From Sandaracinaceae bacterium (GTDB taxonomy: Bacteria; Myxococcota_A; Polyangia; Polyangiales; Sandaracinaceae): DNA of 64,000 nucleotides. The stretch's first letter is position 1, and every line of letters begins with the position of its first letter. This document shows positions 1 through 9,573 of this stretch, piece by piece. The position numbers and the translations under genes are program-made. Location of the stretch: NCBI GenBank assembly GCA_044220955.1, contig JBGAQA010000004.1, forward strand, positions 81,413-145,412, written 5' to 3'. Below the pieces are notes generated by a model. That model saw only the letters and a list, made by a program, of their open reading frames with translations. It was not told the origin of the DNA and made no database searches.

Positions 1-674
1 ACCTCGTCGAGGAACACGGTGCCTCCGTTCGCCGCCTCGAGCACGCCGTCGCGGCGTGCGTCGGCGCCGGTGAACGCGCCCTTCTCGTGCCCGAAGAGCA
101 TCGACTCGGCGAGGGTCTCGGGGATCGCGCCGCAGTGCAGCGCGACGAAGGGCCCCTTGGCGCGCGCGCTCGTCTCGTGGATGCGGCGCGCGAGCACCTC
201 CTTGCCGACGCCCGTCTCTCCGAGGAGCAGCACGTTCAGATCACAGCGCGCGGCGCGATCGGCGAGCGCCAGCGCGTGCTGCATCGAGCCGCGCGCTCCC
301 AGCGGCCGCGCCTCGGCCGGGGGAAGGAGCAGCACGAACGAGGACGGCCCGACGTGCACCACGTCGTTGTGCGCGGCGAACGTCTCGCCCGACACGCGGC
401 GCGAGCCGACGCGCGTGCCGTTGCGGCTCCCGTGGTCGGTGACGCGGACGCTCGACTTGCCGTCCCAGGTCAAGGTCGCGTGCAGGCGGCTCACCGCGGG
501 GTCGTCGACGCGGATCTCCGAGCCGCGGCTTCGTCCGATCGCGACCGGGACCCCGGGACCGAGCTCGAAGATCCCGCGCGCGGGCCCCTCGACGCCGACG
601 GCGCACGCGCTGCTCTGCTGCGCGGCGCGCCGCGCCGCTTCGGGGACGTCGATGGTGGTGGCTTCGTGGGTCAT
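1..674 (-). CDS. FHA-domain sigma54-dependent transcriptional activator (bEBP), 3' part runs off the window
   Basis: Not in the ORF track because it has no stop in the window. Manual translation from ATG 674 gives an FHA signature ([21 protein letters not shown]...DHGSRNGT) and an AAA+ domain ([31 protein letters not shown]). Confidence 0.92.
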   Translation of the reverse strand, partial: MTHEATTIDVPEAARRAAQQSSACAVGVEGPARGIFELGPGVPVAIGRSRGSEIRVDDPAVSRLHATLTWDGKSSVRVTDHGSRNGTRVGSRRVSGETFAAHNDVVHVGPSSFVLLLPPAEARPLGARGSMQHALALADRAARCDLNVLLLGETGVGKEVLARRIHETSARAKGPFVALHCGAIPETLAESMLFGHEKGAFTGADARRDGVLEAANGGTVFLDE

Positions 675-709
675 CGTTGGCAGGAGCGCCCGGCTCGGCC
701 GGGCCGAGG

Positions 710-2110
710 TCACTCGCCGCGTGGAGAGAAGTAGAGAGAGAGTGCGCCGTCGGAGGACACGAGGAAAGTGTGGTCCGAGAGCGGCGCGGCGGCCGTGACG
801 TTTCCGGCGCTCGCGAGCGTGCCCGTGAGCACGACGCTTCCCGGCAGTGAGTCCAGCTGGATCTCGGCGATCTCGGCCTCGGCGACGGGGGCGGCTGCGG
901 CGTCGCGCCCTGCCACGATCAGGGCCAGCCCCGGCCCGAGCGCGATCGCGCCGGCCGACTCCCGCGCTCGGAAGAGCGGCGGCGGCGCGGGAGACAGCGC
1001 GGCGATCGGGTCGCTGCCGGGCGCGGCGTCGGGCTGCACGACGAGCAGCGTCAGCTGACCGGTCGCCGCTCCCGTCGCGTCCACGCCTCCTGCCAGCAAG
1101 ACCAGGCCCGTGTCGAGCGCGCACGCGGCGGCCCGGACGGCCAGACCCGGCACCACGACGGAGCGCGGCGCGTCCTGCCCGCTCGGGTCGAGCAGCACGA
1201 GGTCCGGCGCGGCGGAGGCCGCTCGCCGGCCGTCGAGGACGAGCACGCGCGGCTCCGGCGTGGCGCGTCGCCGCGCCAGCAGCGGGACGGCGCGCGCGGC
1301 CGTGCGCGCGTGCTGCAAGGGAGCGAGCGCCGTCGCGATCAGGTGCGCGCCGTCCCACTCCACGCGCGTCACGTCCGGGGCGAGCGATCCGTCGCTGCGC
1401 GTGCCACCGACGACGAGCACGGTCGCCGCGTCGACCGACGCGATCGCGGCGCCGTCGACGATCGGCAGCTCCGCTCCGGCGATCTCGGCGATCACGGCGC
1501 CTCGCGCATCGACGAGCGACGCGCCCGGCGCTGCACCGCCGACGACGAGCACGTGGCGGTCGAGGGCGACGGCCGCGCCGCCGATTCGCGGAGCGGGCCA
1601 TGGCGTGCGCGCCTCGATGGCAGGCAGGCCGCCCGGGCCGTGCGCGACGAAGCGCGTGAGCCCGGCCGCGGAGGCGAGCAGCGCGCCGTCCGCGCTCGGC
1701 ACGACGGCGAGGTAGGGATCGCTCGCGTCACCGGTCGCCACCGGCGCGAAGCGTCCGAGGACGCCGAGCGACACGTCCGGGGAGTGGCTGGCGCCTGCCG
1801 GCGAGACGTCGAACGGAAACGATCGACCGCGCGCGAGCACGAGCCCCGAGAGCTCGGTCTCGACGATGACCGCGTAGCCGTTGCCGAAGGGCATCGGGGG
1901 AAGGGTCAGCGCCGTCGCGTCGGGAGCGAAGCGCACCGTCGTGCCCGGCTCGCGCACGCCGTCTCGCTCCATGGTCACGGCGATCGCGGTCGCCGTTCCC
2001 GCGAAGAAGGGGTCGTCGCCGAGCGCCACGACGCGGAAGGGCACGCTCGCTCTCGAGGTGCAGGCGCCCAGGGCGAGCAGAGCGCACGCGAGCTGCAGGC
2101 GCTCGCTCAA
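710..2110 (-). CDS. Lipoprotein with Kelch/galactose-oxidase-like beta-propeller repeats
   Basis: 3' part of ORF 710..3166. TTG start overlaps the upstream stop (TTGA). Lipobox LLALGA-C; repeated VLVVGG/VLLAGG Kelch-like blades. Confidence 0.7.
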   Translation of the reverse strand: MSERLQLACALLALGACTSRASVPFRVVALGDDPFFAGTATAIAVTMERDGVREPGTTVRFAPDATALTLPPMPFGNGYAVIVETELSGLVLARGRSFPFDVSPAGASHSPDVSLGVLGRFAPVATGDASDPYLAVVPSADGALLASAAGLTRFVAHGPGGLPAIEARTPWPAPRIGGAAVALDRHVLVVGGAAPGASLVDARGAVIAEIAGAELPIVDGAAIASVDAATVLVVGGTRSDGSLAPDVTRVEWDGAHLIATALAPLQHARTAARAVPLLARRRATPEPRVLVLDGRRAASAAPDLVLLDPSGQDAPRSVVVPGLAVRAAACALDTGLVLLAGGVDATGAATGQLTLLVVQPDAAPGSDPIAALSPAPPPLFRARESAGAIALGPGLALIVAGRDAAAAPVAEAEIAEIQLDSLPGSVVLTGTLASAGNVTAAAPLSDHTFLVSSDGALSLYFSPRGE

Positions 2111-3150
2111 GGCCGGATGACCTCTCCGACGCCGATCCAGCCCGGGGTCGAGGGCGCGAGCGCGACGCCGATCCCGATCGCGATCGCGGCCGCGACGGCC
2201 GCGCCGACGCCGACGCCGACGCCGACGACGACGGCGGTGTCGGGGCCGGTGTCGATCGGGGCGAGCAGGGCGGCGGCCAGCTCGTCGGGCGTCGCCGATC
2301 CGGCCGCGCGCACGCTGCGAGCGCCGAGCACCGCATGGAGGCCGCCCCCTGGCTCGCGCGTCAGGTCGAGCACGCGGAGCCTGCGGCCGAGGGCAGCGGC
2401 GCCGCGCTCGACCAGGGGATCGATCGGGGCGCCAGGCGGGCCGCTCGCCGCGAGCGCGGCGGCCGGATCGACCGCCAGCGCGACGGCAAGCGCGGCCGGC
2501 CCCTCGCCGACCCCCAGCACCACGCGTCTCGTGCTGCTCGCGAACCCGGTGCGCGAGACCGTGACCCAGTGCATGCCGCAGCCGAGCTCGGGGGGCATCG
2601 CCCGCTGCACGCCGTCGACCGCGACCGCGGCGTCGCTCGGATCGACCGTCAGCGTGACGGCACAGCCGGGGATCGCCGCTCGCGCCGCCTCGACGCGCGC
2701 CGCGAGCGTCGGCGGGTAGCGCTCCGGATCCACGGCGAGGGCGGGATCGATCGCGAGCGCGTGACGCACCGCCTCGTTCGCGCGCGCATCGTCGCCCATG
2801 GCGCCGTGCACCATCGCGCGCAGCAGCATCACCGCCACGATCTCGGCCGGTGAGCGGACCCCCTCCGCGTCCGCCGCCTCGAGCGCGGCGTCGAGGTCCC
2901 GCTCGGCGTCGGTGAGCGCGAGCGCGGCGAACGCCTCGTCCGCCCGCAGCGTGGCCTCGGCCACGCCGCCCCGCGGTGTCTCCGCGCTCGCGGGCGCGGG
3001 CGCGCGCACGATGTCGACGCCCTCCGCGGTGCGTCGCTCGACGATGCGATCCGCCAATGCGCTGGCCTCCCGGGCCAGCGCCTCGCTCGCGCGAACCACC
3101 AACACCTCGCGCGGCTCCTGCGCGAACGCCGGGGTCGCGAGTGCGGTCAG
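2107..3150 (-). CDS. Secreted/membrane TPR-like plus PEGA-like protein (start uncertain)
   Basis: 3' part of ORF 2107..5604: signal-like ALTALATPAFA-Q, helical TPR-like region (ALAIDPALAVDPERYPP), PEGA-like TVDPSDAAVAVDG...GMHWVTVSRTGF, C-terminal TM segment. Confidence 0.65.
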   Translation of the reverse strand: MTALATPAFAQEPREVLVVRASEALAREASALADRIVERRTAEGVDIVRAPAPASAETPRGGVAEATLRADEAFAALALTDAERDLDAALEAADAEGVRSPAEIVAVMLLRAMVHGAMGDDARANEAVRHALAIDPALAVDPERYPPTLAARVEAARAAIPGCAVTLTVDPSDAAVAVDGVQRAMPPELGCGMHWVTVSRTGFASSTRRVVLGVGEGPAALAVALAVDPAAALAASGPPGAPIDPLVERGAAALGRRLRVLDLTREPGGGLHAVLGARSVRAAGSATPDELAAALLAPIDTGPDTAVVVGVGVGVGAAVAAAIAIGIGVALAPSTPGWIGVGEVIRP

Positions 3151-3180
3151 GGCGAAAACGAGGCAAGATCGAGCGCTGGC

Positions 3181-4749
3181 GTGGACGAAGTGCTCTCGGG
3201 GCGTCTGGGTCGATACGCGCTCCTCGGCCGGGTCGGCCGCGGGGGGATGGGCGAGGTGCATCGCGCGCGCGCCTTCGGTGCCGCGGGCGTCACCAAGGAG
3301 CTCTGCATCAAGCGCATTCGCTGCGAGCGCCTGGCCGATCCGGCGTCGCTCGGGCGCTTCGTCGCCGAGGCGCGCGTCTCGATGAGGCTCTCGCACGCGA
3401 ACATCGTATCCGTCTTCGATTTCGGGCGCAGCGAGAACGACTACTACCTCGCGATGGAGTGGGTCGATGGCTGCGATCTGCGACAGATGATCGCCGCCGT
3501 GGAGGCGCGCGGGGAGCGCCTGCCGGAGGACGTCGCGCTCTTCGTCGCGGCCGAGATCGCGCGCGGGCTGGCCTACGTGCACGGCCTGCCCGACGAGCGG
3601 CGCCTCGCGCACTGCGATCTCAAGCCCGCCAACGTCCTGGTCTCTCGCGCAGGCGAGGTGAAGCTCGCCGACTTCGGCGTCGCGGTGCACGAGGCGAGCA
3701 CGGGAGGCGCGGGCGGGACTCGGCGCTACATGGCGCCCGAGCAGCGCTCCGGCGTCTCGGTCGGTCCGGCGGTGGATCTCTACGCGCTCGGTCTCGTGCT
3801 CGACGAGCTGCTCGGGGGGAGGTTCAACGAGCGACCGATCCCCGACGACGCGGCCGCAGGAGACGACTACGTCGCGCCGGCCGACGTCTCGCCGAGCGTC
3901 GGGGCGCTGCTCTTGCGGCTGTGCGCGCGCGAGCCCGAGGCCCGCCCCGCGAACGCCGGCGAGGTGGTCGACGCCCTCGAGGCGCTCCTCGCGGAGGCGC
4001 GCGTGCGCAGCAAGCGCTCGCCGCGCGATCTGCTCGCGCGCGAGGCGAGCGCGCTGGCGTCGGCGGCCAAGGGGGCGGCCACCGAGTCCGTCGAGGAGTT
4101 CCGGACGGATGCCTCGTACGTCACCGAGGGCGAGAGCGAGACGTTCGCGCGTCGCATGCGGCCCGACGCGTCGCCCCGGTCGCAGTCGCGCACCACGCCG
4201 CTGCCACCAGGACCTCCTCCGTCGCGGAGCCCCGGACGCGTGGTCGCCATCGGCGCCGCGATCGCGCTCGGCCTCTTCCTCTTCTCTCTCCCTCGCCGGC
4301 CGGTGCCGGCCCCCGTGGCGCTCGAGGCGACAGGGGCGCCCGCCGCATCTGCCGCTCCGGTCGTCGATCGCGGCCGGGCCCCCGCCTCCGTCCCCGCCGT
4401 CGGCCCGGCCCTCGTCCCCGTCGCCGCCCCCGGCGTCGCTTCCGCCTCGCGTCACCCGCCGCGTCCACCCTCCACGCGGCTCGAGGCTCCTCTCACGCCG
4501 GCTGCCGCGCCGCCGGCTCCCGCGCCCGCCGCTCCAGCGCTGGTGCGTCTGAACGCGCGTCCGTGGGCGGACGTCACGATCGACGGCGAGGCGCGCGGCG
4601 TCACGCCGCTCGTCGGGGTCGCGCTCGCGCCGGGGGCGCACGACATCGTCTTCTCGAACCCCGCCCTCGACGTCACGCGCACCGAGCACGTGGAGCTGGC
4701 GGCCGGCGAGCGCCGCGACGTGATCGTGGATCTGCGCAGCGGGCGCTGA
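3181..4749 (+). CDS. Membrane Ser/Thr protein kinase (non-RD) with C-terminal PEGA-like domain
   Basis: GRGGMGEV, LCIK, HCDLKPANVL, DFG, YMAPE motifs; TM helix; terminal NARPWADVTIDG PEGA-like domain. Confidence 0.92.
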   Translation: MDEVLSGRLGRYALLGRVGRGGMGEVHRARAFGAAGVTKELCIKRIRCERLADPASLGRFVAEARVSMRLSHANIVSVFDFGRSENDYYLAMEWVDGCDLRQMIAAVEARGERLPEDVALFVAAEIARGLAYVHGLPDERRLAHCDLKPANVLVSRAGEVKLADFGVAVHEASTGGAGGTRRYMAPEQRSGVSVGPAVDLYALGLVLDELLGGRFNERPIPDDAAAGDDYVAPADVSPSVGALLLRLCAREPEARPANAGEVVDALEALLAEARVRSKRSPRDLLAREASALASAAKGAATESVEEFRTDASYVTEGESETFARRMRPDASPRSQSRTTPLPPGPPPSRSPGRVVAIGAAIALGLFLFSLPRRPVPAPVALEATGAPAASAAPVVDRGRAPASVPAVGPALVPVAAPGVASASRHPPRPPSTRLEAPLTPAAAPPAPAPAAPALVRLNARPWADVTIDGEARGVTPLVGVALAPGAHDIVFSNPALDVTRTEHVELAAGERRDVIVDLRSGR

Positions 4750-4760
4750 CCCTCCGCGGC

Positions 4761-5510
4761 TCAGGGGCAGGCGCCGCCGCCGTCGACGCAGACCGGCACT
4801 CCGACTCCGGGATACGCGCAGCACGGTGCGGCGCCACAGCCGTCGCACGGGCAGCTCGTGCAGCCTCCGGGCACGAAGACGTCGCGGCAGTTGCCGGCCG
4901 CGCACACCTGGTTGCCGCGGCAGGCGCGCCCGCAGTCGCCACAGTTCCCTGGGTCGCGGCGCAGATCCACGCAGGCGCCGTCGCAGCTGGTCGTCGCGCC
5001 GGGGCAGTCCATCCGGATGCAGACCCCGCCGGCACAGCGGTCGGGGCACGCGTGGCCGGGCGCGCCGCAGTTGTCGGGATCGGACGCGAGATCGATGCAC
5101 CGGCCGCCGACGTCGGTGTAGGGCGGGCGGCAGACGCACGCGCCCGACACACAGACCTGGAGCGCGGCGCAGCTCGCGTGCGAAGCGCCGCAGTCGCCCG
5201 GGTTGCCGAGCGGGCCACCGTTGCTCCCGCTGCAGACGCCGGAGACGCACGCCTCGGTCGTCCCGCATCCGTGCCCGCAGCCCCCGCAGTTCCGCGGGTC
5301 CGACGCGAGCTGTGCACAGGTGCCGCCGCAGTCCACGAGCCCCGCGCCGCAGCTCGTCGCCGAGTCGGTGCCCGGAACGACGGCCGCGTCGCGTCCGCTG
5401 GCGGGACCTCCGTCGCCCCCCAGCCGCCCCGGGTCCGGCGACACGACCGCCGAGCAGCCAGAGCTGGAGAGCACGAGAGCGATCGAGGTGAGCGCGGCGC
5501 ATCGAAGCAT
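4761..5510 (-). CDS. Cys-rich repeat lipoprotein A (4 MXAN_6577/Stig1-like repeats)
   Basis: 3' end of ORF 4761..10622, from ATG 5510. Lipobox-like SSSG-C; repeats CxDLxSDPxNCGxCGxxC. Confidence 0.85.
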   Translation of the reverse strand: MLRCAALTSIALVLSSSGCSAVVSPDPGRLGGDGGPASGRDAAVVPGTDSATSCGAGLVDCGGTCAQLASDPRNCGGCGHGCGTTEACVSGVCSGSNGGPLGNPGDCGASHASCAALQVCVSGACVCRPPYTDVGGRCIDLASDPDNCGAPGHACPDRCAGGVCIRMDCPGATTSCDGACVDLRRDPGNCGDCGRACRGNQVCAAGNCRDVFVPGGCTSCPCDGCGAAPCCAYPGVGVPVCVDGGGACP

Positions 5511-5584
5511 GCCGGTACGCGTGCAAGGATCGCGCGCGCCGACGCGCCTCGCGAAGCACCGTGCGCGCGCCGCCGCGCTGTGCA

Positions 5585-5602
5585 GCGCAGTGCGCACTGC
5601 GC
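5585..5602. promoter_or_regulatory. Perfect 18-bp palindrome GCGCAGTGCGCACTGCGC, candidate activator-binding site
   Basis: Exact inverted repeat in the divergent intergenic region, about 60 bp upstream of a sigma54-like promoter. Confidence 0.45.
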
Positions 5603-5663
5603 ATCGGCCGTACGGCATCTGGAAGTTGCGGCCCGAAAACAAGCCGAGTTCAGCCGCGCGGCT

Positions 5664-5679
5664 GGGCGCGCTCCTTGCG
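5664..5679 (+). promoter_or_regulatory. Putative sigma54 (-24/-12) promoter
   Basis: gGGCGCG-ctcc-TTGCg has the exact GG-N10-GC spacing, 33 bp before the ATG at 5712 (RBS GGAGGA). Confidence 0.6.
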
Positions 5680-5711
5680 TTGGAGGTGCGGTCCAACCGA
5701 GGAGGACGCGG

Positions 5712-7145
5712 ATGACGCATCGAGGATTGGCTTGGTCTTGCCTGTGTACGAGCGCGCTCGCGCTCGCGCTCCTGTCGATCGGCTGCAGCGCCAGCGAGAG
5801 CAACCCCGCCACCGACGGCGGCGCCGGCGGCAACGACGCGAACACCGCTGGGCGCGACACGGGCGTGTCCGGTCGGGACACCGGCCCGGCCGTCCCCGAC
5901 ACCGGCCCCGCGGTCTGCACCGCTCCGCTGAGCACGTGCGGCCCGGCGTGCGTGAACCTGCAGACCGACGGCGCCAACTGCGGCGGCTGCTTGCACGCGT
6001 GCGCGACGAACCAGACCTGCAGCTCCGGCGTCTGCGCGTGCAGCACGGGCCTGGTGACCTGCGGCCCCGACTGCGCCGATCTCTCGAGCGACACGCAGCA
6101 CTGCGGCTCGTGCCCCAACCGATGCGACACGGGCGAGGCGTGCGTCTCGGGCGCGTGCACCTGCCTTTCGCCGGCGATCACCTGCCCCGGCGGCTGCTTC
6201 GACGTCTCGAGCGATCCGCAGCACTGCGGCACGTGCGGCAACGCGTGCGGCTCGGGCGCGATCTGCACCTCGGGCGCGTGCGCGTGCCCGAGCGGCACCA
6301 CGTCGTGCGGCGCGGGCGCGGGCTGCACCACCGACACGACCTTCCAGAACGACCCGCTGAACTGCGGCACCTGCGGTCACGCATGCGCGACCGGACAGAC
6401 GTGCACGGCTGGCGTGTGCGCGTGCCCGGGCAGCGGGATCGTGTGCGGCGGCGCGTGCGTGGACGTCTCCACCGACCCGAGCAACTGCGGCACCTGCGGT
6501 CGTGACTGCGGTGCCGGCAACACGTGTGTCTCCGGCAACTGCGTGTGCGGCGGCGGGCTCACCAGCTGTCCCGTGGGCGGCGGCGGCAGCGTCTGCACCG
6601 ACACGCAGACCGATCCGCGTCACTGCGGCACGTGCGCCATGCGCTGCAACTTCGGGGAGGCGTGCGTCGCGGGCGCGTGCCAGGTGAACACCACCTCCGA
6701 CCCCACGAACTGCGGCACGGTGGGCCACACCTGCGCGGACACCGAGTACTGCTCGGCCGGCGCGTGCGTCTGCCGACCGGGTCTCACCGACGTCGGCGGC
6801 AACTGCGTCGACCTGCAGACCGATCCGACGAATTGCGGCACCGTCGGCAACGCGTGCGGCGGCGCGACGCCGGTCTGCCGGGCGGGGAGCTGCGTCGGCA
6901 CGGGGATGTGCGGCGGCGGCGGCAGCCCCATGCGCGTCTGCGACGGCGCTTGCGTCGACATCCGCACCGACCCGCTGAACTGCGACGGTTGCGGCAACGT
7001 CTGCGGCGTGGACCAGGTGTGCGATGGCGGTTGCCAGGACTACGTCCCGACGACGTGCACCACCTGCCCCTGCACGACGTGCATGGGCGGCGGCGGTTTC
7101 ACCTGCACGACGTACGGCACCGGCGTGATCTGCGTCGGCGGCTGA
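5712..7145 (+). CDS. Cys-rich repeat lipoprotein B (9 repeats)
   Basis: 3' part of ORF 2976..7145. GGAGGA RBS, lipobox LSIG-C, DTG-rich linker, DPxNCGxCG repeats. Confidence 0.9.
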   Translation: MTHRGLAWSCLCTSALALALLSIGCSASESNPATDGGAGGNDANTAGRDTGVSGRDTGPAVPDTGPAVCTAPLSTCGPACVNLQTDGANCGGCLHACATNQTCSSGVCACSTGLVTCGPDCADLSSDTQHCGSCPNRCDTGEACVSGACTCLSPAITCPGGCFDVSSDPQHCGTCGNACGSGAICTSGACACPSGTTSCGAGAGCTTDTTFQNDPLNCGTCGHACATGQTCTAGVCACPGSGIVCGGACVDVSTDPSNCGTCGRDCGAGNTCVSGNCVCGGGLTSCPVGGGGSVCTDTQTDPRHCGTCAMRCNFGEACVAGACQVNTTSDPTNCGTVGHTCADTEYCSAGACVCRPGLTDVGGNCVDLQTDPTNCGTVGNACGGATPVCRAGSCVGTGMCGGGGSPMRVCDGACVDIRTDPLNCDGCGNVCGVDQVCDGGCQDYVPTTCTTCPCTTCMGGGGFTCTTYGTGVICVGG

Positions 7146-7265
7146 GCCGACCTCGACCGCCGCGGAGCCTCGCCGACAAGGACGGGGCTCCGCGCGCGTC
7201 TGCCTCGCAACCTCGACTCGAACCGTCTCTGTCTCCCGGACCGCTCGCCCCAAGGAGGATCGCTC

Positions 7266-9548
7266 ATGGCTCGACTTCACACGCGCGTTCTCGCGCTCGG
7301 AGCTCTCGGTGCGCTCGCTCTGGCGGGCTGCTCCGGGAGCGACACGCCTGCGCCCGGCACCGACGGAGGGTCGTCGATGGACTCCGGCGGCGGGATGACC
7401 GACACCGGGCTGCCACGCCCCGACACGGGGGTCGACGGAGCAGGTCCGGGGGTGGACGGCGGGTGCACCGCCGGCTCGATGCTCTGCGGTGGTGCGTGCG
7501 TCGACGTCACGACGAGCACGACGAACTGCGGCTCGTGCGGTCACGCGTGCCCGACCGGCCAGTCGTGCACCGCGGGCGCGTGCGCGTGCCCGGGCGCACA
7601 GGTGACGTGCGGGACCGCGTGCGCGGACCTCTCGACGAGCATGGCGAACTGCGGCACCTGCGGTCACGCCTGCCCTGCGGCGTCGACCTGCGTGAGCGGC
7701 GCGTGCACGTGCGCGACGGGCTCGATGCTCTGCGGAGGGGCCTGCGCCGACGTGGCGATTGACACGATGAACTGCGGCGTCTGCGGCAACGTCTGCGGCA
7801 CGGGCGCGACGTGCACCGCGGGCATGTGCTCGGCGTGTCCGAGCGGACGCACGCTTTGCAACGGGCTCTGCGTCGACGTCACGAGCGACGGCGCGCACTG
7901 CGGCACTTGCACGAACGCGTGTCCCGCGACGGCGACGTGCACCGCGGGGGCCTGCGTGTGCCCGACCGGGCAGATCGACTGCGGTGGCACCTGCGCCGAC
8001 GTGTCGTCGGACTCGGCGAACTGCGGCACCTGCGGCCACACGTGCGCCGCGGGCGCGACGTGCGTCTCGGGCGCGTGCGTGTGCCCGGCCGGGACTCCGA
8101 TGATCTGCGGCGGCGGCTGCGTCGACACGCAGGTCGACACCAACAACTGCGGCTCGTGCGGCAACGCTTGTCCGTCGACGGCGACCTGCACGGCCGGCAC
8201 GTGCGTCTGCAACCCTGGCCTGGTGAACTGTGCACCGGCCGGGGCGCCGGTGTGTGCGGACCTCTCTGCCGACCCCAACCACTGCGGCAGCTGCGCGGGC
8301 GCGAACCACCAGTGCCTGACGGGCGCGACGTGCGTCTCGGGCGTCTGCCAGGCGTGCCCTGCGGCGAGCCCCGACCAGTGCGGCGGCAGCTGCGTGAACC
8401 GGCAGACGGACGAGAACAATTGCGGCGCGTGCGGCCGTGTCTGTCCGACGGGATCGACCTGCACGGCGGGCGCGTGCATGTGTCCCGCGGGCGACGTCGC
8501 GTGTCCCGGCGGCTTCGGCTCGCCGGGCGTCTGCGCGGATCTCTCGGCCGACCCGCTCCACTGCGGCACGTGCGGCACGGCATGCCCGACGGGCGCCTCG
8601 TGTGTCTCGGGCGTCTGCCAGTGCCCTCCGGGGGACGTCGCGTGCACCGGCTTCGGGCGCAACGAGTGCGCGGACCTCTCGAGCGATCCGCGCAACTGTG
8701 GGATGTGCGGCCGGAGCTGCGCGACGGGCGCGACGTGCGTCTCCGGTGTCTGCAACTGCCCCCTGGGCCAGGTCTCGTGCGGCGGCGGCGGCGGTGGTGG
8801 CGGCGGCGTCTGCTCGGACCTCTCGAGCGATCCGCTGCACTGCGGTACGTGCGCGACGACCTGCCCGGCGGGCGACGTCTGCGTCTCGGGCGTCTGCACC
8901 TGCCCGCCCGGCAACACGATGTGCGGCGGGCGCTGCGTGAACACGATGACCGATCCCCGCGCGTGCGGCACCTGCGGCACGCAGTGCCCCGCCGGCGACA
9001 CCTGCGTGGCCGGCGCGTGCACGTGCAGCGGCACCACGTGCGGCACCGGTCCGGGCGCGACGTGTGTCTCGACGATGACGTCGGGGCTCGACTGCGGCGG
9101 CTGCAACATGCCCTGCGGCGACGCGGAGTACTGCGCCGGAGGCACGTGCAGCTGCGACCCGGGGCTCACCTCTTGCGGCGGCAACTGCACGCACCTCACG
9201 ACGGACGTGCAGAACTGCGGCAGCTGTGGTCGCACCTGTCTCGGCATGGGCCTCGGCAACCCGCGGTGCATCTCCGGCGAGTGCCGCGACACCACGTGCG
9301 GCGCGGTGGGCCTCACCTTCTGCAACGGCAGCTGCCTCGAGCGCGGAGCCTTCACGAGCGATCCGCTGAACTGCGGCGGATGCGGCAACGTCTGCGCGGC
9401 CGGCGAGGTCTGCGCGAACGGCATGTGCCAGGCGTACATCCAGCCCCCCTCGTGCACGACGTGCCCCTGCGCCGCGTGCGGTGCGGGCACGCGCTGCTGC
9501 ACATACGCGTCGCAGGCCATCTGCGTCGACGGCGGCAGCTGCCCCTGA
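7266..9548 (+). CDS. Cys-rich repeat lipoprotein C (15 repeats)
   Basis: AAGGAGG RBS, lipobox LAG-C, DGG/DSG/DTG linker, 15 counted [NH]CGxCGxxC units. Confidence 0.92.
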   Translation: MARLHTRVLALGALGALALAGCSGSDTPAPGTDGGSSMDSGGGMTDTGLPRPDTGVDGAGPGVDGGCTAGSMLCGGACVDVTTSTTNCGSCGHACPTGQSCTAGACACPGAQVTCGTACADLSTSMANCGTCGHACPAASTCVSGACTCATGSMLCGGACADVAIDTMNCGVCGNVCGTGATCTAGMCSACPSGRTLCNGLCVDVTSDGAHCGTCTNACPATATCTAGACVCPTGQIDCGGTCADVSSDSANCGTCGHTCAAGATCVSGACVCPAGTPMICGGGCVDTQVDTNNCGSCGNACPSTATCTAGTCVCNPGLVNCAPAGAPVCADLSADPNHCGSCAGANHQCLTGATCVSGVCQACPAASPDQCGGSCVNRQTDENNCGACGRVCPTGSTCTAGACMCPAGDVACPGGFGSPGVCADLSADPLHCGTCGTACPTGASCVSGVCQCPPGDVACTGFGRNECADLSSDPRNCGMCGRSCATGATCVSGVCNCPLGQVSCGGGGGGGGGVCSDLSSDPLHCGTCATTCPAGDVCVSGVCTCPPGNTMCGGRCVNTMTDPRACGTCGTQCPAGDTCVAGACTCSGTTCGTGPGATCVSTMTSGLDCGGCNMPCGDAEYCAGGTCSCDPGLTSCGGNCTHLTTDVQNCGSCGRTCLGMGLGNPRCISGECRDTTCGAVGLTFCNGSCLERGAFTSDPLNCGGCGNVCAAGEVCANGMCQAYIQPPSCTTCPCAACGAGTRCCTYASQAICVDGGSCP

Positions 9549-9551
9549 GCT

Positions 9552-9573
9552 CGGCCCGCCGAAGGGCGGGCCG
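9552..9573 (+). terminator. GC hairpin directly after the Cys-rich gene C stop
   Basis: CGGCCCGCC-gaag-GGCGGGCCG, 9-bp stem, no U-tract. Confidence 0.4.

Noticed and set aside
5712..9548. CxxC/CxxCGH motifs as multiheme cytochrome or ferredoxin sites
   Set aside because: The repeats do not form CxxCH motifs; paired Cys loss and lipoprotein export favour disulfides.
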